64,000 nt of DNA. Source: a bacterium. GTDB lineage: Bacteria > Hinthialibacterota > Hinthialibacteria > Hinthialibacterales > Hinthialibacteraceae. The stretch spans positions 1 to 64,000 of the forward strand of contig CAXXSM010000070.1 in the NCBI GenBank assembly GCA_963663405.2, read 5' to 3'. The translations under genes and the position numbers were made by a program. Below are positions 21,525 through 32,276 of the stretch, piece by piece (within the stretch, counting starts at the first letter, position 1; the number at the start of each line of letters is the position of its first letter). The notes under the pieces were generated by a model. That model worked only from the letters and a program-made list of their open reading frames with translations, made no database searches and was not told where the DNA came from.

Positions 21525-23279
21525 TTACAAGACTTGCTCGTTCCCGCCTTCATCTACCAGCATTTTTTCTTCAGGCAGGAGTTCGGAGAGAAATGGGATA
21601 AGCGCGTCCAGCATGTGGTTGGCGGATGTCAGTTCATCCACTACGACGCAATCCACTCCGCTTTGATCCAATTTCTTTTGATTCATGACCGTTTCGGCCC
21701 GGGCCGCGATAAAGACATTGGGGGCCTCATGACGGACGAATTTCGCTGTTCGAGCCGCGATTTCAGGCGCGGGGAAAGTGAGGATCAGCGCCGCCGCTTG
21801 GTGGATTCCAGCGGATTCAAGAATGTGGGGATTCGATATATCTCCAAAGACGATTTTCCTTCCCGGACGTGTTTCTTCGGAGACGGTTTTTGGGTTGAGT
21901 TCGACGATTGTATACAGCAGACCGAGCCGGTCGAATTCTTCCGCCAGACGCCGCCCGAAAGGGCCAAATCCTGCGAGAACGATCCTTGGCGTGGTGGATG
22001 GATCTACATTTTCGTCCTCGCTTATCGCCGTTTTTCGCATGAACGCTGAAAATCGTTTTGCGAAGAGTCTGCTGACTGGTTCGTTGAGCCAAAAGAGCGC
22101 CGGTGTCACGATCAATGACAACACAACGGCGGAAACGGTGATGGAGAACAATTTGGGATCGAGCAGGTGAGACTCATGCGCTTCGCCGAGGAGAATCAGG
22201 CTGAATTCTCCCGCTTGGGCGAGGGAAAGACCTACAGCGATTGCGATCGATGGTGGGAATCCTAGGCTCCAGGATGTGACAGAAATTGAAATGGTTTTCA
22301 GAAGGATTAAGAGAAATAGAACAGTAAGCGCAATCCACCATGAACCGAGAACGATGACGACATTCAGTTCCATGCCTAGCGTTGTGAAGAAGACCGCCAT
22401 GAAAATGTCGCGGAGAGGAACGATCTGGCTGCCTAATTGGCTGCGGAATGGTGTATTCGCGAGAAGCAGCCCGGCGAGAAACGCTCCGGTTTCTAAACTG
22501 AATCCAAGCATTTGGGCGAGAGCGGCGGTTCCAAACGCAGCGGCCACACCGGTGAGGATCATCAATTCGAGGCTGCGCGCTTGCGCGGCCTGCCGCATTA
22601 AATAGGGGAAACAGAACCGGCCTGCAACAAAGAGACCGGAAATTCCTCCCAGCATGATCAGGCTTCTTTTCATTGCGTAACCGGCGCTGGCTGTGGAGGA
22701 ATCCATTAGGAACGAACCTTGGTTTTGCCACATCGCTAACAAGGGAAGCAGCGCCAGCATCCCCAGGACCGCCATATCTTGAATGATCAATATCGCCAGC
22801 CCCAACCGTCCGCTGAGGTGAATGAGTTTTCTTTCCTGAGCGTAGTGACGGAGAACGACAGCGGTGGAGGAGAGTGAAAAGGCCATCGCGATCGCGAGTC
22901 CAACGGGCGCTGGAAGGCCTATCCACCATCCGATCCCGAATCCCAGAACGGTTGAGAAGAGAGTCGATCCTATGCCGGCTAGGATCATGCGCTGCAAACC
23001 GCTCTTGAACAGAGCGGAGAAGTGCAGTTCCAATCCAATCCCAAAAAGAAGGAAGATGACGGCGAGATGGGCGATCTCTTCAAGAACAGCGGGGGAACTG
23101 ATCAAGCCAAGCACGTGTGGGCCGGCGAGGATTCCTGCGATCAAGTAGGCTGGGAACAATGCGATCTTCAAGCGTTGAAAAAGAAGCGCGACGAGAGCCG
23201 CCGTTGTGAGAACAATTACAAGGTTCGGAAGCAGAACCTTTTCATGCTCGGTTACGATTTGGAGGATTTCCGCTTCCAT
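21525..23279 (-). CDS. CPA2 cation:proton antiporter (Kef-like) with C-terminal TrkA-N/RCK domain
   Basis: LLFGIGLE, LSSTAVV, IIQD, GAFLAG, LAQAGEFS; AGFGPFG...FGD RCK domain. Confidence 0.88.
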   Translation of the reverse strand: MEAEILQIVTEHEKVLLPNLVIVLTTAALVALLFQRLKIALFPAYLIAGILAGPHVLGLISSPAVLEEIAHLAVIFLLFGIGLELHFSALFKSGLQRMILAGIGSTLFSTVLGFGIGWWIGLPAPVGLAIAMAFSLSSTAVVLRHYAQERKLIHLSGRLGLAILIIQDMAVLGMLALLPLLAMWQNQGSFLMDSSTASAGYAMKRSLIMLGGISGLFVAGRFCFPYLMRQAAQARSLELMILTGVAAAFGTAALAQMLGFSLETGAFLAGLLLANTPFRSQLGSQIVPLRDIFMAVFFTTLGMELNVVIVLGSWWIALTVLFLLILLKTISISVTSWSLGFPPSIAIAVGLSLAQAGEFSLILLGEAHESHLLDPKLFSITVSAVVLSLIVTPALFWLNEPVSRLFAKRFSAFMRKTAISEDENVDPSTTPRIVLAGFGPFGRRLAEEFDRLGLLYTIVELNPKTVSEETRPGRKIVFGDISNPHILESAGIHQAAALILTFPAPEIAARTAKFVRHEAPNVFIAARAETVMNQKKLDQSGVDCVVVDELTSANHMLDALIPFLSELLPEEKMLVDEGGNEQVL

Positions 23280-23331
23280 TGTTGACCTTTTTTGATGAAA
23301 TTATTGGTACTTTTAGAAAGTGAGAATTCCT

Positions 23332-23357
23332 GGTGGGTCGATAAAGCACGACCCACC
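23332..23357. repeat. REP-like GC-rich hairpin (possible terminator) just after folD
   Basis: GGTGGGTCG-ATAAAGCA-CGACCCACC; same GGGTGGG...CCCACC family as 25596-25750. Confidence 0.6.
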
Positions 23358-23362
23358 CTTAT

Positions 23363-24238
23363 CTAGTTACTTTTTTTCTCATACTGCATTCGCGCGGCTT
23401 TTAGGGTGTTGCAAAGAAGCATGGCGATGGTCATGGGGCCGGGACCGCCGGGGGAAGGGCTGAGGCAGCCTGCGACTTCCATCGCTTCGTCACGATGCAC
23501 ATCACCGGCTTGTTTGTATTTACCATCGATTTTCTCGAAACTTATTCCTACATCGATAACTACAGCGCCCGGTTTAATCCAATCCCCCCGGATCATTCGC
23601 ATCTGTCCAGTCGCGGCGATGAGGATATCCGCTTTGCGGCAAACGCCCGGCAGGTCCTGGGTGCGGGAATGGCAGACCGTCACTGTCGCGTGTTCGCGGA
23701 GGAGCAGTTGAATCATTGGTTTGCCGACGATATTGCTCCGGCCGACAATGACGGCGTTCTGTCCTTTGATCGGGAGGTTGTGGCGTTTGAGGATTTCAAT
23801 GACGCCAAGAGGGGTGCAGGGGATTAGGCAGTCTTGGCCGATGGAAAGACGTCCCACATTGATGGGGTGAAATCCATCCACGTCCTTCATTGGATCGACC
23901 CGCTCCAGGACGGTGAGTGAGTCGATATGATCCGGCAGCGGCAGTTGCACAAGGATTCCATGTATGGATGGATCGGCGTTCATTGTATCGATCAGAGTCA
24001 GTAATTCGTCCTGACTGGTATCAATAGGAAGATCGTGGCGGATCGAGTTCATGCCCGCGTCTTTGCAGGCTTTGACCTTGTTGCGGACATATACCTGTGA
24101 CGCGGGATTTTCACCTACCAAGACCACGGCTAAACCTGGTTGGACCTGGGTTTCCTCCATAAACCGGGCGGCGTCTTCTTTCAATTCTTCACGGACTGTT
24201 TTGGCCAGCGCTTTTCCATCTAAAATTTGAGCCGTCAT
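23363..24238 (-). CDS. folD: Bifunctional methylenetetrahydrofolate dehydrogenase/cyclohydrolase
   Basis: ILDGK, PGLAVVLVG.NPAS..YV..K, GILVQLPLP, KDVDGFHP.N.G, PCTP, GRSNIVGKP, PGG.GPMT; start re-placed at MTAQ. Confidence 0.96.
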   Translation of the reverse strand: MTAQILDGKALAKTVREELKEDAARFMEETQVQPGLAVVLVGENPASQVYVRNKVKACKDAGMNSIRHDLPIDTSQDELLTLIDTMNADPSIHGILVQLPLPDHIDSLTVLERVDPMKDVDGFHPINVGRLSIGQDCLIPCTPLGVIEILKRHNLPIKGQNAVIVGRSNIVGKPMIQLLLREHATVTVCHSRTQDLPGVCRKADILIAATGQMRMIRGDWIKPGAVVIDVGISFEKIDGKYKQAGDVHRDEAMEVAGCLSPSPGGPGPMTIAMLLCNTLKAARMQYEKKSN

Positions 24239-24320
24239 GGTTACTCTATCCTTATTCCTATTCTTGTTTCCATGTATTCTGTCATGACATAATGATACCA
24301 AGGGATTCGTTCTTGAAAAG

Positions 24321-25070
24321 ATGAAGGATAAACCTCGCACACGTCTATTTGTTCCCCAGGCTGGAGCTTCGCCGCTGGCGCTGACTGATCCGGAGACGCT
24401 GGCGGTCCGGCGGTCGATGCGTCTTCAGCCGGGGGAGTGTGTGGGATGTTTCAACGGAGATGGGCAGGAATACCTTTATTATATTGAGGTTTCCACTCGC
24501 TCTTTATTGCAATTGGCACTGCTTGAATCATTCCTAAATCCCCTTGATGCGATCCCCGAAACGGCGATATACATAGCCGCCACTAAAGGAAAAACCAAGG
24601 ACCGTATCGTGAAAGAATTAACGCCTTTGGGAGCGGCGGCGATTGTTTTTTTTCAGGCGGAACGGTCGATCAGTCATCCTTCCGGACAACAGAGCGATCG
24701 GTTGAAACAGATCGCGGTTGAATCCTGCCGCCAATGCGGGCGGTCGACGATCCCGGATATTATTGTCACAGATGATTCTTTGAATAGAATCTGCGAAACG
24801 CAGAATCTATCCTCTCAACAATGCGTCCTTTTTTGGGAAGAGACAGAGAATTCATCTCCACTCGTTATCGAGCATCCTTCTAAACCGCTGGTCTTATTCT
24901 TCGGTCCAGAAGGAGGGTATACCCGACAAGAAATTACCATCGCGCAAGAACATGGCGTCTCGATCTGCACACTCGGCGCCAGAATTCTTCGTTCTGAACT
25001 TGCGGTTCTTGTTGGTGTGACGCTGGCGCAGGCGCAGCGGGGGGTGTTTGGGGGGAGAGAAGGGACCTAG
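24321..25070 (+). CDS. rsmE: 16S rRNA m3U1498 methyltransferase
   Basis: MRLQPGE..FNGDG, ELTPLG, ESCRQCGR..IP, FGPEGGY, LGARILRSE. Confidence 0.88.
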   Translation: MKDKPRTRLFVPQAGASPLALTDPETLAVRRSMRLQPGECVGCFNGDGQEYLYYIEVSTRSLLQLALLESFLNPLDAIPETAIYIAATKGKTKDRIVKELTPLGAAAIVFFQAERSISHPSGQQSDRLKQIAVESCRQCGRSTIPDIIVTDDSLNRICETQNLSSQQCVLFWEETENSSPLVIEHPSKPLVLFFGPEGGYTRQEITIAQEHGVSICTLGARILRSELAVLVGVTLAQAQRGVFGGREGT

Positions 25071-25126
25071 CATGGAAGGTGATGTAAGTTTATCCGATGT
25101 CTACAAGGCTGTGCAGGATTCTTATT

Positions 25127-25239
25127 GTCTGAACCTTGATTTACTTGATTCGCCTGATTTTCTTGATTTTTAATCATGGTAATCCTATAATCCTTTTAAG
25201 ACAGCACCAGCTGGCTGGCTTTTAAATCATGGTTCAGAC
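25127..25239. repeat. Small palindromic element with 16-bp terminal inverted repeats
   Basis: GTCTGAACCTTGATTT ... AAATCATGGTTCAGAC (1 mismatch), with internal TGATT/AATC repeats. Confidence 0.6.
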
Positions 25240-25349
25240 GATTACGCCATCCTGAACAAAGATCGTAATTTCCCAAAATGATTATTTTTTTACTCAATTA
25301 TCAGATGAACCATTTTTAGTCTCATTGTGCGGGGATGTGTTTGATTAAT

Positions 25350-25369
25350 CACGGGCGGGGACGCCCGTG
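25350..25369. repeat. REP-like palindrome CACGGGCG-GGGA-CGCCCGTG
   Basis: Perfect 8-bp stem; near-identical copy at 40178-40196. Confidence 0.6.
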
Positions 25370-25595
25370 TTTCATTATGGTTTGATGGAGGTCAGCCAGG
25401 GCAGAAGAAAGTGAAGGCTCCGGTATGAGCGCCGATTCTTGTCCTGAGTACCAGCGCAAAAATGGAGATGCGCATGGTTTAATTGTACCTTTGTCTATGG
25501 ATCTTTTTTGTTTGAATCACGGATGGCACGGATGGAGATGGATTACATGGAAAATAATTCGTGATTTTTGCGTTTTTATTGAAACCTGTAGTCGA

Positions 25596-25750
25596 GTAGG
25601 GTGGGCTAAAAGCGAAGCGTAGCCCACCATTTTCATCATAAACACCTACATTTTACATAAAGGATTACCATATTTATTCTATAACCAAAACCTGTCATTT
25701 TTGATATATTTGTATTCGGCGCCCTACGCTTCGCTTTTAGCCCACCCTAC
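25596..25750. repeat. GTAG-family REP pair (REPIN/MITE-like) in inverted orientation
   Basis: GTAGGGTGGGCTAAAAGCGAAGCGTAG at 25596-25622 and its exact reverse complement at 25724-25750, separated by about 100 bp of AT-rich spacer. Confidence 0.8.
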
Positions 25751-27414
25751 ATGGATTCTCTAATCAATAACAACCAATCCTGATCGTCGGGCGCTGTGTA
25801 GGTTTGGTGGGGGTGGATGAGGTTTTCTGTGGGTACCCATTCACCTTTTCGGGGATTGTACCATTGGGCGGAAGCGGGGTGGGGGAGAGAGTTTGTGTTT
25901 AGATTGATTTCTCCTCCGCTGGGGGTGTAGATGACGGCTATATCTCCTGTTTCGCTTTGGGCGGCGGTGATGTAGTGTTTGGGATTGTTCTTGCCCGGTT
26001 GGGTTGCGAGCAGGTTTTGCGCGGGTTTTAGACTCCACCAGGGAATCGACTCGAAAAAGTTTTTTAGGTGTTTCATGTCTTTGCTTCCGGGCAGCCGCAT
26101 CGCTTCATGCCACGGTTTTCCTGCGCCGCTGTTTTTGTGTCTTAGTGGCGGTTCTTCTTTTTGATGCCATCCCCATATTCCATGCGCTCCATACGTGACG
26201 CCCGCAGGTGGTGTGATTAATAGGCTCCAGTAGGAGGCGCGGCGGACGGCGTGGGCGTCGAAGGGGGTTTTTGACTGATAGGCGAGAATATCTTCATAAT
26301 TTGGTTCTAGATTGATAATGGGAAGGGCTTTCTCTTTCCACTGTTGGCTCGCAGGCCCTTCTAATAACCAACGCAGGTTTTTCTCGCCATCTCCATGTCC
26401 GCTTTGGTAACCGATGAATGAATACCAAGGCTCATCCCGGAATTCGCGGCCTACCCAGGAACCGCCGCATGGATGCATTGTAGCTAATCGATGATGCTCC
26501 GTTCCAAAAACAGTCCGGCCGATGCGCTTCCAAATCTCCGCCTGTTCCCCCGAATATTTTCCATCTCCCGCCAGGAACCAGACGACTTGATGTGCGCCGT
26601 AGCGGGAGACGAGATAGTCCGCCAGTACAATGCGTTGATCTTCCGGCAGAAACGTTCCTGGATTGGAGGAGCCGCCGACCGCCCATAGCAGGACCGGCGC
26701 GGCGATCATTCCACTCGCGTTGATGTCATCGATGTAATAGTCCAGCCGCTGAAAGAAATCCGGCCGGATTTGGATTAAGATTTCTCCTGTAAATGCTTTG
26801 TTTCCATGAATGTCCCCATCGGCGGCGCGCCATTGGGTTGTTACGAATTGAATGACGTTGAATTTTTTTTCGGCCCGGTCGTGAAGGTATAGATCCCATT
26901 CTCTTCCATTCGCCATCAGGGGACCGTTCCATGCGGTATCCGCCAGCCAAAAAAACGGTGTTCCATCCGCGTGGACTAAATAGCGTTGATTGTCTGATAA
27001 TTGAAGCGCGCCGTGTTGATAGAGTGGATTGGCGCCCGTATAAGGAACACATTCGAATTTCCCCGTTTGGCCGTGCAAACCTTCATTGTATTTCTTTGAA
27101 CATTGTGTCTGGTAGCGCCAGGTTCCTATACAATCCGGCGAGAAGCGGACTCTCCATGTCGTTCTCCCGTCCCAGAAGGCGAATCGGGTATGTTTTTTCC
27201 CTTGGGGTGATGTGAATTCCACCTGCAGGCGAACGTCGCGGACCCAATCGTAATAATTCTCTGAACTGATGAACGTGGTTTCAAAGCGTCCCCATTGGTT
27301 TACGTGGGGAAGAGAACTCTTTTTATCGGAAGCGATAGAGTTTATGCAAAACAGTAATAATACCAGCGATGTTATCGAGATTAATCTGCAAAGATTGAGA
27401 GAAAAATATTTCAT
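25747..27414 (-). CDS. Secreted DUF5060/DUF4038 (apiosidase-like) glycoside hydrolase with C-terminal putative collagen-binding domain
   Basis: Signal peptide; FWDG..TWRVRF.P...GTW.Y, DGTPFFWLADTAW, WFLAGD, YQSGH, LEPNYE, GVTYGAHGIW, WYNPR.G, DWLL. Confidence 0.82.
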   Translation of the reverse strand: MKYFSLNLCRLISITSLVLLLFCINSIASDKKSSLPHVNQWGRFETTFISSENYYDWVRDVRLQVEFTSPQGKKHTRFAFWDGRTTWRVRFSPDCIGTWRYQTQCSKKYNEGLHGQTGKFECVPYTGANPLYQHGALQLSDNQRYLVHADGTPFFWLADTAWNGPLMANGREWDLYLHDRAEKKFNVIQFVTTQWRAADGDIHGNKAFTGEILIQIRPDFFQRLDYYIDDINASGMIAAPVLLWAVGGSSNPGTFLPEDQRIVLADYLVSRYGAHQVVWFLAGDGKYSGEQAEIWKRIGRTVFGTEHHRLATMHPCGGSWVGREFRDEPWYSFIGYQSGHGDGEKNLRWLLEGPASQQWKEKALPIINLEPNYEDILAYQSKTPFDAHAVRRASYWSLLITPPAGVTYGAHGIWGWHQKEEPPLRHKNSGAGKPWHEAMRLPGSKDMKHLKNFFESIPWWSLKPAQNLLATQPGKNNPKHYITAAQSETGDIAVIYTPSGGEINLNTNSLPHPASAQWYNPRKGEWVPTENLIHPHQTYTAPDDQDWLLLIRESM

Positions 27415-27568
27415 AGATCACCTGCTTTCGATTTATTTTGGTGATACGGTTCTATCCCGTTAGCGAGATGAAATTGTAGATCTGATTGAGGATTCTTTCT
27501 ATTGCGGCAGTCATGCAGGCAGAATATCAAGAAGGTGGGTTAATTTGATGGATCGCGTTGAATGAAGA

Positions 27569-29299
27569 TTACAGGTCCTCTTTATTAATTTTAAACCGGT
27601 TGACTAATGCTTGCAGCGTCTGGGCCTGCGCGGAAAGTTGCTCGCTGGCGGACGCTGATTCTTCGCTGGTCGCTGAATTTTGCTGCGTGACTTGATCGAT
27701 ATTTTGAATCGAATCGTTGATATTTTCCGCGCTTTTTGTTTGGTTCTCGCAGGTGTTGGCAATCTCGTTCATTAGCGTTGAGACTTCTTGGATCACGGGG
27801 ATGACTTCTTGGATTTGCTTACCGGCGTTTTCGGCTTTTACAACACTATTATTGGATAATTCATTAATTTCCTTCGCTGCGAGTTGGCACCGTTCCGCCA
27901 ATTTTCGGACTTCAACGGCGACGACCGCGAATCCTTTTCCCATTTCACCCGCGCGAGCGGCTTCAATGGCGGCGTTGAGAGCCAATAAATTGGTTTGATC
28001 GGCGATGTCATCGATAATGGCGATTTTCTCTGTAATTAATTTCATCGCTTCAACCGTATCCAACACCGCGTTCCCTCCTTTTCCAGCGTCTTGGGAGGAT
28101 TCCATGGCCATTTTGTTGGTTTTCCGGGCATTGTCCGCGTTCTGGTCGATCGAAGCGACCAGATCTTCTATTGACGATCTCGTTTGTTCCAGGCTGGCTG
28201 ATTGTTGCGTCGACGAAGTGGCGAGATGCTGTGAGGAGGCGGCTAATTCTTCTGAGCTCGCCGCGACTTGTTGAGACGCTGTGTCAATTTCACTAATGAG
28301 ATCCCGCAGTTTGTCAACAAACAGATTGAATTGAGTTGAGACTTGTCCCACTTCATCATTTGAATGCGCTTCCAGTTCTTTCGTTAGATCGCCCTCACCT
28401 TCCGCGATGTCCTGTATCATGTTGGTCAAGCGGATTAAGGGCAGAGAGACCGCAGCGGTCAATAAAAGGAAAATAATGATCAATCCGAAAAGGAGCCCAC
28501 CACCGGAGATCCCAAATTGTTTCATAGAGACCGATTTGATTTGTGAATCTAATTGATCCAATGGGGCGATAATTTCAAACGCGCCATGTGTTTCTCCAAC
28601 AGACCAGCCTTCTTTTTCCATGCCGAGAATATCTTTGCTCCCTTTCGGGAATCCATGACAGGAAAGACAATCTTGTGTTAATTGAATTGATTTAAAGAAA
28701 CGGATGGCGTTAATTGGTTCGCTTGCTCTACCTTCATGTGAATTCTTGGTTTCGGTTCCAATGTGGAGCACGCCAATCTCACCAAGTTGTTTTGCTTTGG
28801 ATTTATCTTCAGGATAGATGATTTTTCCGCCTGCTTTTTCGATGGATTCAATGGTTCCTTCGGCTTCAAAATAATTAATGACGGCTTTTTCGATCCCGGA
28901 TCTCGGTTCATTTGCTGGATTCCGTGGACTATTTTTGGGAACACGGAATTTATATCCGAGTTCATCCGCTTTTTCTCTTGAGGCTGTCCACGCGGCGACG
29001 ACAGGAACCGTTTTGTAGATGTTTGTTTCTTGATATGGTATTCCTTGTTGTTTTTCCGCTTCGAAATCAGTGAGAAGTTTTTGAGTATAAAATATCTGTT
29101 TTTCGTTCAATTCTCCCATGAATATGCGGATTTGTTCGCAGGACGAAGTAATTGCGCGGGCTCGTTCGATCTCTTTTTCATAACCAAATTGACGAAATGA
29201 GTAACTATTTGAAAAATAGATACCCAATGCGATGATGAGCATTATAAGCGCTACCCACATCATTACCTTGGTACGAATTGTCAAATCTTTAAGATTCAT
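27569..29299 (-). CDS. Methyl-accepting chemotaxis protein with periplasmic DUF3365 (Tll0287-like) c-type heme sensor
   Basis: [10 protein letters not shown]...CLSCHG...GW.VGE.HGAF-TM, HAMP (GEGDLT), [32 protein letters not shown]; start re-placed at MNLKD. Confidence 0.9.
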   Translation of the reverse strand: MNLKDLTIRTKVMMWVALIMLIIALGIYFSNSYSFRQFGYEKEIERARAITSSCEQIRIFMGELNEKQIFYTQKLLTDFEAEKQQGIPYQETNIYKTVPVVAAWTASREKADELGYKFRVPKNSPRNPANEPRSGIEKAVINYFEAEGTIESIEKAGGKIIYPEDKSKAKQLGEIGVLHIGTETKNSHEGRASEPINAIRFFKSIQLTQDCLSCHGFPKGSKDILGMEKEGWSVGETHGAFEIIAPLDQLDSQIKSVSMKQFGISGGGLLFGLIIIFLLLTAAVSLPLIRLTNMIQDIAEGEGDLTKELEAHSNDEVGQVSTQFNLFVDKLRDLISEIDTASQQVAASSEELAASSQHLATSSTQQSASLEQTRSSIEDLVASIDQNADNARKTNKMAMESSQDAGKGGNAVLDTVEAMKLITEKIAIIDDIADQTNLLALNAAIEAARAGEMGKGFAVVAVEVRKLAERCQLAAKEINELSNNSVVKAENAGKQIQEVIPVIQEVSTLMNEIANTCENQTKSAENINDSIQNIDQVTQQNSATSEESASASEQLSAQAQTLQALVNRFKINKEDL

Positions 29300-29361
29300 A
29301 GTCCGCGCTCCCCAAAAACTAACGAAGTGAAAGGCATAGGCGTTTTTCATTTTTTGTTGCG

Positions 29362-29402
29362 AAAAAATGAAAAGGGGGCGTTCATTGATGAACACCCCCC
29401 CC
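29362..29402 (-). terminator. Intrinsic terminator after the 29551-30999 gene
   Basis: Minus strand GGGGGTGTTCAT-CA-ATGAACGCCCCC followed by TTTTCATTTTTT. Confidence 0.65.
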
Positions 29403-29550
29403 AATTTTCTTCATTAAAGCGAAAGAAGAATACAAGGCATTATTTGGCTGATTAATTCAACATCATTTTCAAACCAATTATAGCCTCATTATAAGGTGTT
29501 TATATCTTTTTTCTTCTACTGATTGTCGCCGAACTCTAGCTAATGGACTG

Positions 29551-30999
29551 TTAGAAAATGCTCCAATCATCAACAGCCGGTTCGACTTCACCACGGGTAA
29601 CGGGCAACGGTCCTGCTGGAGCCGTATCGGGAAGCCGGTAGCCGACGGGGCCACCATCACCGGCGAGTGTCAGTTCCACCGCTCCTTCCATGAAGGTTGT
29701 GAGCACACGCCCATCCAGACGGAACATATCCGAAATGTCCGCAAGATCGAGTCCTCCCGGAGTTGTGATATCGACGTTCGCGTCTTCGAGTAAAAAATCG
29801 TCGCTTGGATCAATGTTCCAATTGTTCATGGAAATCCCAGTGACTTGCGCGGTTTCAGATCCGTAATTCCAGAATTTCGTATTGAACATGCTGCCAAAGA
29901 TATCGGGATCATCCGTATCGATGTTAATCTGGGCGTTGGGGCTGAGATCGACGCTGAGGATCATACAATTTTCGACAAGAACGTACGCGCCCATGCCCCC
30001 GCCCGTGTTGTGCCGCCATAACCGGGAGGAATCACGGAGTTGATGTTTGATTAACGTACAGTTCTTCAGATAGACATTTTGAGGATCGGCTCCCTCGGTC
30101 TCGATTAAGTTGATGTTCCATCCGTTAGCGGTATTGTTGCCCAGAACCACTCCGGCGAATTGTGGGTAGTCGTCTTCACTTAAAATGACACCATCCGCGT
30201 AGGCCGTGCCGCCCATCCCATCGGGCTGAACGAGCGCGTTCCAATCGTCGGTGAAGTAGCCTGCTTCGTAGGCTTCATCGATGGAGTTCCACGGCATATA
30301 CGTTTGGTGAAAGACGCAGTTGACAAAATACCCGTCTCCCATGTCGTCAAAGAAGATCCCGTCGTACACATTGTAAATCCACACATCATTCATAAAGGTA
30401 CGGCCACCACCGGCAGTGTGAACGACTCCGATGTTGTTATTGGCGTGGTCACCGATCGAAATGTTTTCAAACGCGGCGATGACGCCGTCCACATTGAAGC
30501 AGCGGCGGCCTGTGTACATCTGATACCCGATTTCCGCGGCCGCCTGTTCGTAATCGATCGCTCCATCCGCGCCGACTGGCAGTTCTGGATATTCATTGAG
30601 AAGCCCGAAACTGATCGCGGTCGCGCCGGGGTATGTTCCCATACCGCGTATGAGAATCCCATCCGCGCCGGAATCGCCAACCAGGGATGAAATGGAGATG
30701 GCGTTGATGTCCGAATTCCGCGCCGCCACATCTGTTTTGGCGAGTGAATTGTTTACGAACTGATATAAACCCGGTGTTAATTCGTATACCTCTAGATTGA
30801 ATGTTTCCTCCGCCGCCTGCCGAAACGTGGCGTCATCCATGTCATCCGTTCCAACGGACGAAAGTGTCACTGGTTCCGGATCGGCGGTTAGGTCCTCGGC
30901 GGAATAGACGCCTGGTGAGAGCGTGACGGCGGCGTGAGCGCCGGTCACGCTCAATCCAAAGATGATGGTGAATACTACTAGGCTGTATTTCGCGTTCAT
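29551..30999 (-). CDS. Secreted acidic protein with right-handed beta-helix-like repeats and C-terminal VDDWSIF tail
   Basis: AGGAGG RBS; signal peptide MNAKYS...GAHA; FENISI, MNDVWI, FVNCVF, LKNCTL, VENCMI strands typical of pectin-lyase-like beta-helices. Confidence 0.65.
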   Translation of the reverse strand: MNAKYSLVVFTIIFGLSVTGAHAAVTLSPGVYSAEDLTADPEPVTLSSVGTDDMDDATFRQAAEETFNLEVYELTPGLYQFVNNSLAKTDVAARNSDINAISISSLVGDSGADGILIRGMGTYPGATAISFGLLNEYPELPVGADGAIDYEQAAAEIGYQMYTGRRCFNVDGVIAAFENISIGDHANNNIGVVHTAGGGRTFMNDVWIYNVYDGIFFDDMGDGYFVNCVFHQTYMPWNSIDEAYEAGYFTDDWNALVQPDGMGGTAYADGVILSEDDYPQFAGVVLGNNTANGWNINLIETEGADPQNVYLKNCTLIKHQLRDSSRLWRHNTGGGMGAYVLVENCMILSVDLSPNAQINIDTDDPDIFGSMFNTKFWNYGSETAQVTGISMNNWNIDPSDDFLLEDANVDITTPGGLDLADISDMFRLDGRVLTTFMEGAVELTLAGDGGPVGYRLPDTAPAGPLPVTRGEVEPAVDDWSIF

Positions 31000-31145
31000 C
31001 AATTTCCTCCTGCAAATGGGTTTGAGAATCGTCTGTCTCTGTCGACAGTAAACAGATTGAATCTCCTCTCGTTTCAATATCTCAATTAAATAGTAAAAGG
31101 CTCTATACGTGTAACATACAACATTTTGGAAGAGGATTTCAAGAG

Positions 31146-32276
31146 TTATGATAGTTTGTCTGAAAACTGTTCTTTAAATTTTTTGAGGATGGAATCGTAG
31201 TGGGGGTTGGATTTATTTTGCAGTGTGATGGTCTGATCGTATTCTTCCATTGAATCGTGGGGCCTTTTGTCTCCTTGGCTGGTTGGGAGGGATTGCATCT
31301 GTTTCAACCGGAAGGTTTCGCCCCGGCAGGAGATGGATTGGGTGAATTGCGCGATATGAAGAATGGCGGTGGTGACTTGGGGGTGTTGTGATAGGTTTAA
31401 TTGTTTGATGAATGCTTCCGCATGGGCGGTTTGTTCGGCGTTGAATGAGAGGGATTGAGTATTTTCCACGAGCGCTTTGTTTTCCACGGATCTTTTGGAA
31501 CGAACGGCCGCTTCCAAGAGGCGGGATAGGGCGGTTAGAGACGCTTCGGGGCCAGTGAGAGTCCATTCGATATGATTGTCAATCCGCTGAAGGCGCGTCC
31601 ATTCTAAACCTGGTTCCGGGATGATTGTTTCGAAGCGTTCGGCGATATAGGAGAAAGCTTTCGCGAACGCTTCGAGGGTAAGGAAGGAAGAATCTATGTT
31701 GAGTTCGAGAACCAATCTGTCGAAATTGGGATCATCGAATGGGCTGGGCTGGTTTTGATCCGGTTTCCAGGTCCATTCTGGGGCCGGCGTGTCGATTCCA
31801 TCCGGCGCTAGATTCAGCCATTCGCATTTGAGTGCGCTTGTATCCCATTTATCCGCTTTAAGGTTGTGAACTTTTGCGCCGGTGAGAACAACGCCGGATA
31901 GGATGGTTTCCGAACCGTTTGCGTTTCGCAAATCGGCGTTTTCGAGATTGGCTTTGGTCAAATTGGTATGACTGAGATAGGCGTCACGCAGAGACGCGTG
32001 GCTTAGATTCGCCATCCCCAGCTTTGCGCGGCTGAGATTGGCTCCGTTCAAGATGGCCCAGCGGAGATCGGCGCTGCGGAGATTGGCGCCACGCAGCGAG
32101 GCTCCACTCAGATTCGCGTTTCGGAGGATCGCTCCCCGCAAATCCATGTTGTTGAGGTCGAGCCAGGAGAGATCGGCGCCGGATAGATCGAACATAGCGT
32201 CCTGGTGTGTTTCTAGATAGGTCTTGATCGCGTCACAACCTTGTTTGACGATATCGATATGTTCAGCGTTTGCCAT
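31146..32276 (-). CDS. Pentapeptide-repeat protein with uncharacterised C-terminal domain
   Basis: MANAEHIDIVKQG leader followed by about 20 A(D/N)LxG/x repeats. Confidence 0.88.
   Translation of the reverse strand: MANAEHIDIVKQGCDAIKTYLETHQDAMFDLSGADLSWLDLNNMDLRGAILRNANLSGASLRGANLRSADLRWAILNGANLSRAKLGMANLSHASLRDAYLSHTNLTKANLENADLRNANGSETILSGVVLTGAKVHNLKADKWDTSALKCEWLNLAPDGIDTPAPEWTWKPDQNQPSPFDDPNFDRLVLELNIDSSFLTLEAFAKAFSYIAERFETIIPEPGLEWTRLQRIDNHIEWTLTGPEASLTALSRLLEAAVRSKRSVENKALVENTQSLSFNAEQTAHAEAFIKQLNLSQHPQVTTAILHIAQFTQSISCRGETFRLKQMQSLPTSQGDKRPHDSMEEYDQTITLQNKSNPHYDSILKKFKEQFSDKLS

Noticed and set aside
22174-22929. Long alternative-frame and antisense ORFs (also 38976-39677 and 48165-48815)
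   Set aside because: They lie within or largely overlap well-supported genes and have shadow-ORF composition.
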